Shown here: positions 30,798-39,430 of the stretch, piece by piece | Position numbering within the stretch: the stretch's first letter is position 1 | Layout of the letters: every line of letters starts with the position of its first letter | IMG/VR virus record: IMGVR_UViG_3300042197_002679 | Span: 1-59,621 of that record | From: a virus | Taxonomy: Duplodnaviria; Caudoviricetes | DNA length: 59,621 bases | Strand: one strand, 5' to 3' | Notes under the pieces: generated by a model | Seen by the model: the letters and a program-made list of their open reading frames with translations, nothing else | Told to the model about the DNA's origin: nothing | Database searches by the model: none | Position numbers and translations under genes: made by a program

Positions 30798-31237
30798 AGA
30801 TGACTAAAAAATTTGATGGATTAAATGAAACGTTTAATATTGATGGAGAAATAGTTCCTATTGAACCTATTGAAAAAGAAACTTCAATACAAAAAATTGA
30901 ATCAATTGGATCAACCGTCGAAGATATAAAAAAAGACTATGAATACACCAGAGGAAATTTGTATAGTCTCATAGAGAAAGGACAAGAAGCAATTAATGGT
31001 ATTCTTGATCTGGCACAAGAAAGCGAAATGCCTAGAGCATATGAAGTTGCAGGTCAATTAATCAAAAATGTTGGAGATATCACAGACAAGTTAATGGATT
31101 TGCAAAAAAAGTTAAAGGAAGTAGAAGAAGAAAAACAAATAAAAGGACCTACAAATGTTACTAATGCTCTTTTTGTTGGATCAACCGCAGACTTAGCAAA
31201 ATTTTTAAAACAGCAAACACAAAATGAAAACGTTTAA
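30794..31237 (+). CDS. gp16: Terminase small subunit gp16
   Basis: DYEYTRGNLYSLIEKGQEA, PRAYEVAGQLIK, FVGSTADL. Confidence 0.93.
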   Translation: MKMTKKFDGLNETFNIDGEIVPIEPIEKETSIQKIESIGSTVEDIKKDYEYTRGNLYSLIEKGQEAINGILDLAQESEMPRAYEVAGQLIKNVGDITDKLMDLQKKLKEVEEEKQIKGPTNVTNALFVGSTADLAKFLKQQTQNENV

Positions 31238-31379
31238 GCAATTTCAAGAAAATTGGAGCGATAAATATAAAAAGAGTATTGATTGCTCCAATCCAAAAGG
31301 ATTTTCTCAACGTGCTCATTGTGCGGGAAGAATAAAAAGAGCAAAAAGTGAAAAAACAAAATCCAAATCAATTGAATGA
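31224..31379 (+). CDS. 51-aa basic protein with capsid-targeting-like N-terminus (MKTFKQFQE-NWSDKYKKSIDCSNPKGFSQRAHCAGR...)
   Basis: Hand translation; overlaps the gp16 stop and is ATGA-coupled to the next ORF. Confidence 0.75.
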   Translation: MKTFKQFQENWSDKYKKSIDCSNPKGFSQRAHCAGRIKRAKSEKTKSKSIE

Positions 31380-32968
31380 ATAGATCAAAGTTTTCACACG
31401 TAACAAGGCATCTAAAAGGAAAACAACATCAGTTAGATCCTAATTTAGATTTAAAACAATTAGTTCATCACGCAACAGTTCAATATGTTGATCGTGATGC
31501 AGATGGTGACGTTGACGTGTATGATAACCCCAAAAAGAAAACACCCGATGAAAATCCAAAAGATATTAATGTTGGATATGGATCTAAAAAATTGATCAGA
31601 AAACAAAAGGGTGAAGTAAAACATACTAAAGTGGGCATGGCTTTTGAAGATCTTCGCAAATGGTTTGGTAAAGGTGATGAAGGTGGTGTTGGCGGCGGCG
31701 GGTGGGATAGGTATAACACACAAGGAGAACGTATTGGCAAGTGTGCTCGTGAACCGGGAGAAGCAAAACCAAAATGTTTATCAAAAGAAAAAGCAGCAAA
31801 AATGACTAAAGATCAAATTTCTGCTGCGGTAAAGAGAAAGCGTAAAGAGGATCCAGTGGCAGATCGTCCAGGAAAAGGAGGTAAACCAATTATGTCTTCT
31901 AACAAAATTAATGAAAATATTTTGGAAGAAAAAAGATATTGTATGAAATGTAAAAAAAGAGAATCCCGTAATGAATGCTCATATGGACCAGAAATGTGGG
32001 ACAAAATGACAGTGAAAGGATTTATGGAAAGCATGAAACCTGAACCAGACCACGAACATTCAATGATACGTTCAGAACTTGAAACAATTAGGGCAGCAGT
32101 TAATAGATTGAAAAAGAAAATGAAAGGCGAAGGTAATGTAGAAGCATGGGTGCAATCAAAAATTACAAAAGCTGCTGACTATATCGATTCTGCTGCAGAC
32201 TATGTTGAGAGTGGAGAGCATAATGTCCACAATTCAATGGATGAAGAAAAAGGTCCTTGTTGGGTCGGATACAAGCAAGTTGGCATGAAAAAGAAAAATG
32301 GTAAAATGGTTCCCAATTGTGTTCCAGAAAATACTGAATATATTATGGAAAAGAATGCTCCAACAAATCCAAAATTATGGGCAAAGTGGAAAGCAAAAGC
32401 AAAGGCAAAATTTGACGTTTATCCATCCGCATATGCTAATGGGTGGGCAGCAAAAGGATATAAATCTGATGGCGGTGAATGGAAATCTGTAAATGAAAAT
32501 CTTAAAGAAGCAGTTCGTATTTCATCTAAAACGGGAAATATTATTTTAGTAACTTTATCTTGGAGAGGAAGATACTACATGATAAAAATGTTTTTCCCCC
32601 AGATTTCCAAACCAAATCGTCAAGAAGTACAAGATCAAATTTCTAAAGTTTATCCTGGTTCCAGAGTTCAATCATATCATATTTCAGACATCAAACCAGG
32701 TGAACAGTTTTTACAAACTGAAAGTGCTGCATGGACTCGTGAGGAAGGGAAAAACAAAGAAGGTGGTTTGAATGAAAAAGGTCGTAAGTCCTACGAAAGA
32801 GAAAATCCAGGAAGTGATCTTAAAGCACCTTCAAAGAAAGTTGGTAATAAGCGTCGTGCTTCATTCTGTGCCAGAATGAGTGGGATGAAAAAGAAACTAA
32901 CTTCTGCCAAAACTGCTAACGATCCTAATAGCAGAATCAATAAGTCCCTTAGAGCTTGGAACTGCTAA
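31376..32968 (+). CDS. Basic multi-module protein, putative internal-head polyprotein (530 aa)
   Basis: String of short Lys/Trp/Cys-rich modules separated by acidic x-x-E linkers. Confidence 0.8.
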   Translation: MNRSKFSHVTRHLKGKQHQLDPNLDLKQLVHHATVQYVDRDADGDVDVYDNPKKKTPDENPKDINVGYGSKKLIRKQKGEVKHTKVGMAFEDLRKWFGKGDEGGVGGGGWDRYNTQGERIGKCAREPGEAKPKCLSKEKAAKMTKDQISAAVKRKRKEDPVADRPGKGGKPIMSSNKINENILEEKRYCMKCKKRESRNECSYGPEMWDKMTVKGFMESMKPEPDHEHSMIRSELETIRAAVNRLKKKMKGEGNVEAWVQSKITKAADYIDSAADYVESGEHNVHNSMDEEKGPCWVGYKQVGMKKKNGKMVPNCVPENTEYIMEKNAPTNPKLWAKWKAKAKAKFDVYPSAYANGWAAKGYKSDGGEWKSVNENLKEAVRISSKTGNIILVTLSWRGRYYMIKMFFPQISKPNRQEVQDQISKVYPGSRVQSYHISDIKPGEQFLQTESAAWTREEGKNKEGGLNEKGRKSYERENPGSDLKAPSKKVGNKRRASFCARMSGMKKKLTSAKTANDPNSRINKSLRAWNC

Positions 32969-32969
32969 A

Positions 32970-33293
32970 ATGAAATCCTTCAAACAGTTTTTATCAGAAA
33001 GTATCACCATTAACGGTGACTTCAACGGAACCTTAAATGTAGGTGGCCCATCTCAAGAACCACAACCTCAAACAGAAGAATTTTCTGCTGATATTGTGTA
33101 TATGGGAAATCTTCACAGGATTTCTATGGTGACTGAAAGTGGAGTTCCTTCAAAAATTGAACTCACCGGGTATCTTCAGAAAGAATATCCAGGTTCTATT
33201 GTTCATCATATATACGTTAAAGAGAATTCAAAAGGTTCTATCAAAGTAACAGACGACAAAAGATATCATCCAGCAAAGTTAGATTGGATTTAG
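32970..33293 (+). CDS. Putative internal head protein with CTS-like leader MKSFKQFLSE
   Basis: N-terminus resembles the T4 capsid targeting sequence; shares a YPGS module with the upstream ORF. Confidence 0.75.
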   Translation: MKSFKQFLSESITINGDFNGTLNVGGPSQEPQPQTEEFSADIVYMGNLHRISMVTESGVPSKIELTGYLQKEYPGSIVHHIYVKENSKGSIKVTDDKRYHPAKLDWI

Positions 33294-33300
33294 GCGAATA

Positions 33301-34575
33301 ATGGCACAGTGGAATAAGAACACACAGGACTTTCTAAATCAAGAAAGAAGTCTTTTTGAAACTTTTAACATTGCAGATCACTGGGGAAACCAGACAGACT
33401 GGAGACCCCAGTTTTCTAATAATAATAGATTAAAAGTTTCACCGTTCCAAACAGTTTTCTTTAATACCTTCCAATATGGTAAAGAGACTGATGTTTGGGA
33501 TGAGAGGATAGTTGGAGTCGGAACTGCAACTCATAATGTTGCTGCTAGTAATGTGATTATGCAAGTTGGTGTTACCACTGGAAGTAAAGTCATTAGACAG
33601 ACCAAGAATGTGATGAGATATATTCCTGGAAGACCCGCAACACTTGCATTTGCAATTCGTTTGGAAACACCGCAGGTAGGTATTCGTAGAAGATTTGGAT
33701 TGTTTGATGAATATAATGGTGCTTATTTTGAGGATGATGGAGGAACATATTCTTATGTCATTCGCACATCTACATCTGGTATTACTACAGAAGTAAGAGT
33801 TAGTAGAGATGATTGGAATGGTGAAAAGTTTGATGGTAATGGTTGGACTGGTGTAATCGCAGACCCAACAAAACAACAGATGATTTCTATTTCATATGAA
33901 TGGTATGGTGCAGGGACTGTAGAATTTAATTGGTTGATGAAAGGTGAAACGATTAGAAGTCACAAATTTGATAATTCAAATAGTCTAGATAAAGTTTGGT
34001 GTTCTACACCATTTCTTCCCATTCGTGTAGAGATTGAAAATGTAACTGGTGTTGCAGGAACTCATTACATCTATCAGGGTTCTAATTCTCTTATTCAGGA
34101 AGGAGAACCAGAAAAACTTGGAACTCTTGTAAGTATCGCAAATCCCATTACGGGGACAACGATGACATCTGCAAACACATTTTATCCTATTGTAAGTATT
34201 CGTTTAAAATCTGATGATTTATCTGCAGTGATGCTTTTGAGATCTCTACAGGCAGCAACGAATGATAATACAAATATATATTGGAAACTTATTCAGAATG
34301 CAACAAATACAGGCGGAACTTGGGTAGATCATCCAGATCCAAACTCTTTTATGCAATATAATATTACTGAAACTGCAACGACTGGTGGAACTACTTTGTT
34401 AAATGGATTTGTTGTTGGTGGTGGTTCAGCATTGATTAATGTTGATGATAGGGCAGATTTACAACTTGGAAGATCTGGTATTGGAACAATCAGTGATACT
34501 TACACTCTTGCTTGTGCATCTCCGAATACCAACAAAGCAGCACTTGCAGTATTAAACTGGATTGAACAAAGGTAA
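33301..34575 (+). CDS. Hypothetical beta-rich protein, probably virion-associated
   Basis: 424-aa Thr/Gly/Trp-rich ORF between g16 and g17. Confidence 0.75.
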   Translation: MAQWNKNTQDFLNQERSLFETFNIADHWGNQTDWRPQFSNNNRLKVSPFQTVFFNTFQYGKETDVWDERIVGVGTATHNVAASNVIMQVGVTTGSKVIRQTKNVMRYIPGRPATLAFAIRLETPQVGIRRRFGLFDEYNGAYFEDDGGTYSYVIRTSTSGITTEVRVSRDDWNGEKFDGNGWTGVIADPTKQQMISISYEWYGAGTVEFNWLMKGETIRSHKFDNSNSLDKVWCSTPFLPIRVEIENVTGVAGTHYIYQGSNSLIQEGEPEKLGTLVSIANPITGTTMTSANTFYPIVSIRLKSDDLSAVMLLRSLQAATNDNTNIYWKLIQNATNTGGTWVDHPDPNSFMQYNITETATTGGTTLLNGFVVGGGSALINVDDRADLQLGRSGIGTISDTYTLACASPNTNKAALAVLNWIEQR

Positions 34576-34581
34576 TTTTTT

Positions 34582-36225
34582 ATGAGTGACGTATATCTTG
34601 GTAATCCATTATTAAAAAAAGCAAATACCCCAATTGAGTTTACTCAAGAACAAATTATCGAATTTGTAAAATGCAAAGATGATCCGGTTTATTTTGCAAA
34701 AAATTATGTAAAGATCGTAACCCTTGATAAAGGATTACAACCATTTGCGATGTATCCTTTTCAAGAAAAATTGGTGAATAATTTTCACCAACATAGATTT
34801 AATATTTGTAAGATGCCACGACAGACTGGTAAATCGACTACTGTTGTGTCGTTCCTGCTTCATTATGCAGTCTTTAATGATAATGTTAACATAGGCATTC
34901 TCGCAAACAAAGCAGCAACAGCAAGAGAACTTTTAGATAGGTTGCAAACTGCATATGAAAATCTACCAAAATGGATGCAACAAGGAATCATCGCATGGAA
35001 TAAAGGATCTTTGGAACTGGAAAATGGAAGCAAAATCTTGGCTGCTTCTACTTCTGCTTCTGCGGTTCGTGGTATGTCATTCAACATCTTGTTTTTGGAC
35101 GAATTTGCGTTCGTTCCAAATCACATCGCAGATTCATTCTTTGCATCAGTTTATCCTACAATTACTTCAGGTAAAAGCACAAAAGTGATTATTGTTTCCA
35201 CTCCACATGGCATGAATCACTTCTACCGAATGTGGCATGATGCTGAGAAAGGTAAAAATGAATATATTTTCACTGACGTTCATTGGAGTGAAGTTCCTGG
35301 AAGAGATGAAGCATGGAAAGCGCAAACTATTGCAAACACTTCTGAACAACAATTTAAAGTTGAGTTTGAATGTGAGTTTTTAGGGTCTGTTGACACATTA
35401 ATTGCACCATCTAAATTAAGAAATTTAGTATATGATCATCCCAAAACACGTAGTGCGGGATTGGATGTTTATGAAGATCCAATAGAGGATCATGACTATC
35501 TCATCACTGTAGACGTTGCTAGAGGTGTTGGAAATGATTATTCAGCATTTGTTGTAGTAGATATCACTCAGTTCCCACATAAAGTGGTGGCAAAGTATAG
35601 AAATAATGAAATTAAACCTATGCTTTTTCCAAGCATTATTGAAGAAATTGGAAAAAGTTACAATGAGGCATACATTTTATGCGAAGTTAATGATGTTGGA
35701 GATCAAGTAGCAAGTATTCTTCAATACGATTTAGAATATAAAAATTTACTAATGTGTTCTATGCGAGGTAGAGCAGGACAAATAGTTGGGCAGGGATTTT
35801 CTGGAAAGAAAACTCAACTTGGAGTTAAGATGTCTAAGACTGTCAAAAAAGTAGGATGTCTTAATCTTAAGACAATGATTGAAGAAGATAAGTTATATTT
35901 GAACGATTACGAAATTATATCCGAACTTACAACATTTATTCAAAAGCACAATTCATTTGAGGCAGAAGAGGGATGCAACGATGACCTCGCAATGTGTCTT
36001 GTAATCTATGCTTGGTTGGTCGCACAAGACTACTTTAAAGAACTTACTGACCAAGATGTAAGAAAAAGATTATATGAGGAACAAAAAAATCAGATAGAGC
36101 AAGATATGGCACCATTTGGATTTGTTTCGGATGGATTAGATGAAAGTAGTTTTGTTGATGAGGATGGTGATAGGTGGTTTTTAGATGAATATGGAGATCG
36201 TTCTTATATGTGGGAATACATGTAA
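34582..36225 (+). CDS. gp17: Terminase large subunit gp17
   Basis: PRQTGKST (Walker A), LFLDEFAF (Walker B), VSTPHG, DVARG, DDLAM nuclease motifs. Confidence 0.98.
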   Translation: MSDVYLGNPLLKKANTPIEFTQEQIIEFVKCKDDPVYFAKNYVKIVTLDKGLQPFAMYPFQEKLVNNFHQHRFNICKMPRQTGKSTTVVSFLLHYAVFNDNVNIGILANKAATARELLDRLQTAYENLPKWMQQGIIAWNKGSLELENGSKILAASTSASAVRGMSFNILFLDEFAFVPNHIADSFFASVYPTITSGKSTKVIIVSTPHGMNHFYRMWHDAEKGKNEYIFTDVHWSEVPGRDEAWKAQTIANTSEQQFKVEFECEFLGSVDTLIAPSKLRNLVYDHPKTRSAGLDVYEDPIEDHDYLITVDVARGVGNDYSAFVVVDITQFPHKVVAKYRNNEIKPMLFPSIIEEIGKSYNEAYILCEVNDVGDQVASILQYDLEYKNLLMCSMRGRAGQIVGQGFSGKKTQLGVKMSKTVKKVGCLNLKTMIEEDKLYLNDYEIISELTTFIQKHNSFEAEEGCNDDLAMCLVIYAWLVAQDYFKELTDQDVRKRLYEEQKNQIEQDMAPFGFVSDGLDESSFVDEDGDRWFLDEYGDRSYMWEYM

Positions 36226-36458
36226 TGGATTTAGATAGACAAATTAAATTGGGACATTTATTATTTACTGATAGAAAATGTAGGATATGTGACGAAGTAA
36301 AAAATTTAGTTGATGGATTTTATAGAACTCGTAAAGATAGGGGTTTTGTTGCATCATCATATTCATATGAGTGTAAAGATTGCACAATAAAAAGGGTAGT
36401 AAATAGTAAAAAAAATAATATTCTAAAAGTTTCAGATAAAGAATATCCTGATTGGTAA
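36225..36458 (+). CDS. Small zinc-ribbon protein (CRIC...CKDC)
   Basis: TAATG coupling with gp17; two CxxC pairs. Confidence 0.75.
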   Translation: MDLDRQIKLGHLLFTDRKCRICDEVKNLVDGFYRTRKDRGFVASSYSYECKDCTIKRVVNSKKNNILKVSDKEYPDW

Positions 36459-36540
36459 ATATTCGCGCTAAGTTTCCCCCACCAAAAATAACATTTTAAT
36501 AAATATTTTTTAGATAAACTGAGACTTTCAGGAGAAAAAA

Positions 36541-38769
36541 ATGGCGACTCCTCAATTATCTCCAGGCGTTCTCGTCAGAGAGGTTGATTTAACAGTAGGA
36601 AGAGCTGATAATGTTTTAGACAATATTGGTGCTATTGCTGGACCTTTCTCAATTGGACCCGTTAACGAACCAATTGACATCACCACAGAGCAAGATCTAA
36701 TTAATGTATTTGGTAAACCTTTATCAACTGATGCACAATATGAGTATTGGATGAGTGCTTCATCCTTTCTTTCATATGGCGGAATTCTTAAAGTTGTTAG
36801 AACTGGCGGATCAACTCTTAATAATGCAAATGCGGGGGTTGGAATAGCATATACAACTGCATTAGATATCGATAATTATGATGATTATATTAATAATCAT
36901 TCAGAAGCAACAGATTTTACATTCGCAGCAAAAAATCCAGGAACTTGGGCAAATGGTTTAAAAGTTTGTTTTATTGATGATAAAGCAGATCAAATCATCG
37001 GTATTACAACATCTAACCTTTCTACTGCTGGCGCCACAATTGGTGCTGGTGTGACTGCTTCACTTTCAGGAGTTGTAATTCCAGGAACAGGAACCACATC
37101 TTCTTTCAGTGGATATTTGAAAGGAATAATCACGGGAGTAACAACAGATTCTACCAATTCATCAAGTACAATTGAAGTAAAAATTGTTTCTCGAGTAGAA
37201 ACAGTCGGTAGTGGATCAACAGAAACAAAGATCAATTATGCAGAAGGGTCTGCATTTGCAGCATTTGATGTGTCTGATAGTTTATATTTTATCAATAGTG
37301 TTGGAGTTAACACGGGAGTTTCAGCCTCCTCACCATATACCCCAACATCTATTAGTGACTGGTATGATAATCAAACTTTAGGTCTTACAAATACAACTAT
37401 TTTTTGGAAAGAACTTGCGCCAAAACCAGTATCAAACATCTACGCAACAGAGAGACAAGGTAAAAATGATGCTCTTCATATAGTTGTTGTTGATGATACT
37501 GGATCAATTACGGGAATTCGAGGAAATGTTATTGAAAAACATTTAGGACTTTCTAAAGCGTTTGACGCAATATCGAATGTCAATTCTCCACAAAAAATTT
37601 GGTATGAGCAATATATTGCCGATTTTTCTCAAAATGTTTATGCTGGAGGAAATCCATCAAATTCTTCAGATTCTTATCACGGCACGACACCTGTTGCAAC
37701 AGGATTTACAACTTATTCGGGAGTTAAATCTGCATCATTTACACCAATTTCAATTGCAAGTGGTCTTTGGGGACAAGATGCTCAAGGAATAACTTACAGC
37801 GCAATTGGAAATGTATCTTATACATTAAATGGTGGAGTTGATTATTCTACTAGTGGTGGAATGAAAGCAGAATTAAGTGATCTAGTTACATCATATGGAT
37901 ATTTCCAAAACAAAGATGAAATTGAAGTTGATTATTTAATCATGGGCCCGGGGCTTACAAACCAGGAAGATTCGCAAGCAAAAGCAAATTATATTATTTC
38001 TCTCGCAGAATCAAGAAAAGATTGTATTGCTTGTATTGGACCACATAGAGCGAATTTAATCGGAATTACAAATACTACTACACAAACAAATAACTTAATT
38101 AATTATTTTAGTCCACTAAATTCTTCATCTTACGCTGTGTTTGATAGTGGATATAAGTACACATATGATAGATTCAATAATAAGTTCCGTTATGTTCCAA
38201 CAAATGCAGATATTGCAGGATTGATGACTCGAACAAATATTGTTTCTTACCCTTGGTTCTCGCCTGCTGGACAACAGCGTGGATTAATTAATAATGCAGT
38301 TAAACTTGCATATAATCCAAATAAGACTCAAAGAGATAAATTATATCCTTTGCGAATTAACCCCATTGTTACTCAACCAGGAATTGGATCTCTTCTTTTT
38401 GGCGATAAAACTGCTCTCGGATATGCTTCAGCGTTCGATAGAATTAATGTTCGTCGATTATTTCTCACAATAGAACAGGCTTTACAAAGAGCAGCTGAAG
38501 CTCAACTTTTCGAATTAAATGATGAATTGACAAGAGCAAATTTCAGAAATATTATTGAACCATATCTCCGTGATGTTCAGGCAAAAAGGGGTCTATATGG
38601 ATTCCTTGTTGTTTGCGATACAACAAACAACACTCCTGATGTTATTGATAACAATGAATTTAGAGCAGACATTTTCCTGAAGCCAACAAAATCTATTAAC
38701 TACATCACACTAACATTTGTTGCCACTCGCACAGGTGTAAGTTTTGAAGAAGTTGCAGGAAGAGTTTGA
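36541..38769 (+). CDS. gp18: Tail sheath protein gp18
   Basis: LSPGVLVREVDLT, PWFSPAG..RG, FDRINVRRLF, FVATRTGVSFEE. Confidence 0.97.
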   Translation: MATPQLSPGVLVREVDLTVGRADNVLDNIGAIAGPFSIGPVNEPIDITTEQDLINVFGKPLSTDAQYEYWMSASSFLSYGGILKVVRTGGSTLNNANAGVGIAYTTALDIDNYDDYINNHSEATDFTFAAKNPGTWANGLKVCFIDDKADQIIGITTSNLSTAGATIGAGVTASLSGVVIPGTGTTSSFSGYLKGIITGVTTDSTNSSSTIEVKIVSRVETVGSGSTETKINYAEGSAFAAFDVSDSLYFINSVGVNTGVSASSPYTPTSISDWYDNQTLGLTNTTIFWKELAPKPVSNIYATERQGKNDALHIVVVDDTGSITGIRGNVIEKHLGLSKAFDAISNVNSPQKIWYEQYIADFSQNVYAGGNPSNSSDSYHGTTPVATGFTTYSGVKSASFTPISIASGLWGQDAQGITYSAIGNVSYTLNGGVDYSTSGGMKAELSDLVTSYGYFQNKDEIEVDYLIMGPGLTNQEDSQAKANYIISLAESRKDCIACIGPHRANLIGITNTTTQTNNLINYFSPLNSSSYAVFDSGYKYTYDRFNNKFRYVPTNADIAGLMTRTNIVSYPWFSPAGQQRGLINNAVKLAYNPNKTQRDKLYPLRINPIVTQPGIGSLLFGDKTALGYASAFDRINVRRLFLTIEQALQRAAEAQLFELNDELTRANFRNIIEPYLRDVQAKRGLYGFLVVCDTTNNTPDVIDNNEFRADIFLKPTKSINYITLTFVATRTGVSFEEVAGRV

Positions 38770-38804
38770 TATTATCATCTAAATAACACAAGGAGGATTT
38801 AAAA

Positions 38805-39395
38805 ATGGCAACAACAAGAGAGAACAAAACAATTTCTCAATTTAAATCAGCACTTATAGGTGGTGGTGCTCGTCCCAATCTCTTTGAAGTAGAGTTAACA
38901 ACTCTCCCTAATGGTATTGCTTGGGATGCGGACAATTTTAGATTTATGTGTAAGTCTGCCGCACTTCCAGCACAAAATGTGGCATCAATTGATGTTCCTT
39001 TTCGTGGAAGAATTTTTAAAGTTGCTGGTGATAGAACAATTGATGTTTGGACAGTAACTGTTATTAATGATGAAGGATTTGTTTTAAGAAATGCATTTGA
39101 GGAATGGTCCAATTTAATTGCCGATCTTGGCACTAATCTTGGAGCAACAGATCCATCAGCATATATGGTAAATGCCAAAGTTTATCAGTTAGGCAGAGGA
39201 TCTGTTGCAAGCAGCAGGGACAATTTAGGTAATGCAAACGCAGTGTTAAAAGAATATGAATTTATTGACATTTTTCCAACTAATGTAGCACAAATTGATC
39301 TTTCATACGATTCTTCAGATACAATTGAAGAATTTACTGTAGAATTCCAAGTTCAATCGTTTACTTATACTGGAGCGGGTGGTCCTAACCCATAA
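38805..39395 (+). CDS. gp19: Tail tube protein gp19
   Basis: GGARPNLFEV, VPFRGR..KVAGDRT..W, FPT.V..IDLSYD, IEEFTVEF. Confidence 0.97.
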   Translation: MATTRENKTISQFKSALIGGGARPNLFEVELTTLPNGIAWDADNFRFMCKSAALPAQNVASIDVPFRGRIFKVAGDRTIDVWTVTVINDEGFVLRNAFEEWSNLIADLGTNLGATDPSAYMVNAKVYQLGRGSVASSRDNLGNANAVLKEYEFIDIFPTNVAQIDLSYDSSDTIEEFTVEFQVQSFTYTGAGGPNP

Positions 39396-39430
39396 TAAAT
39401 AGTAAAAGGTTAGAATACACTAAATAAATT

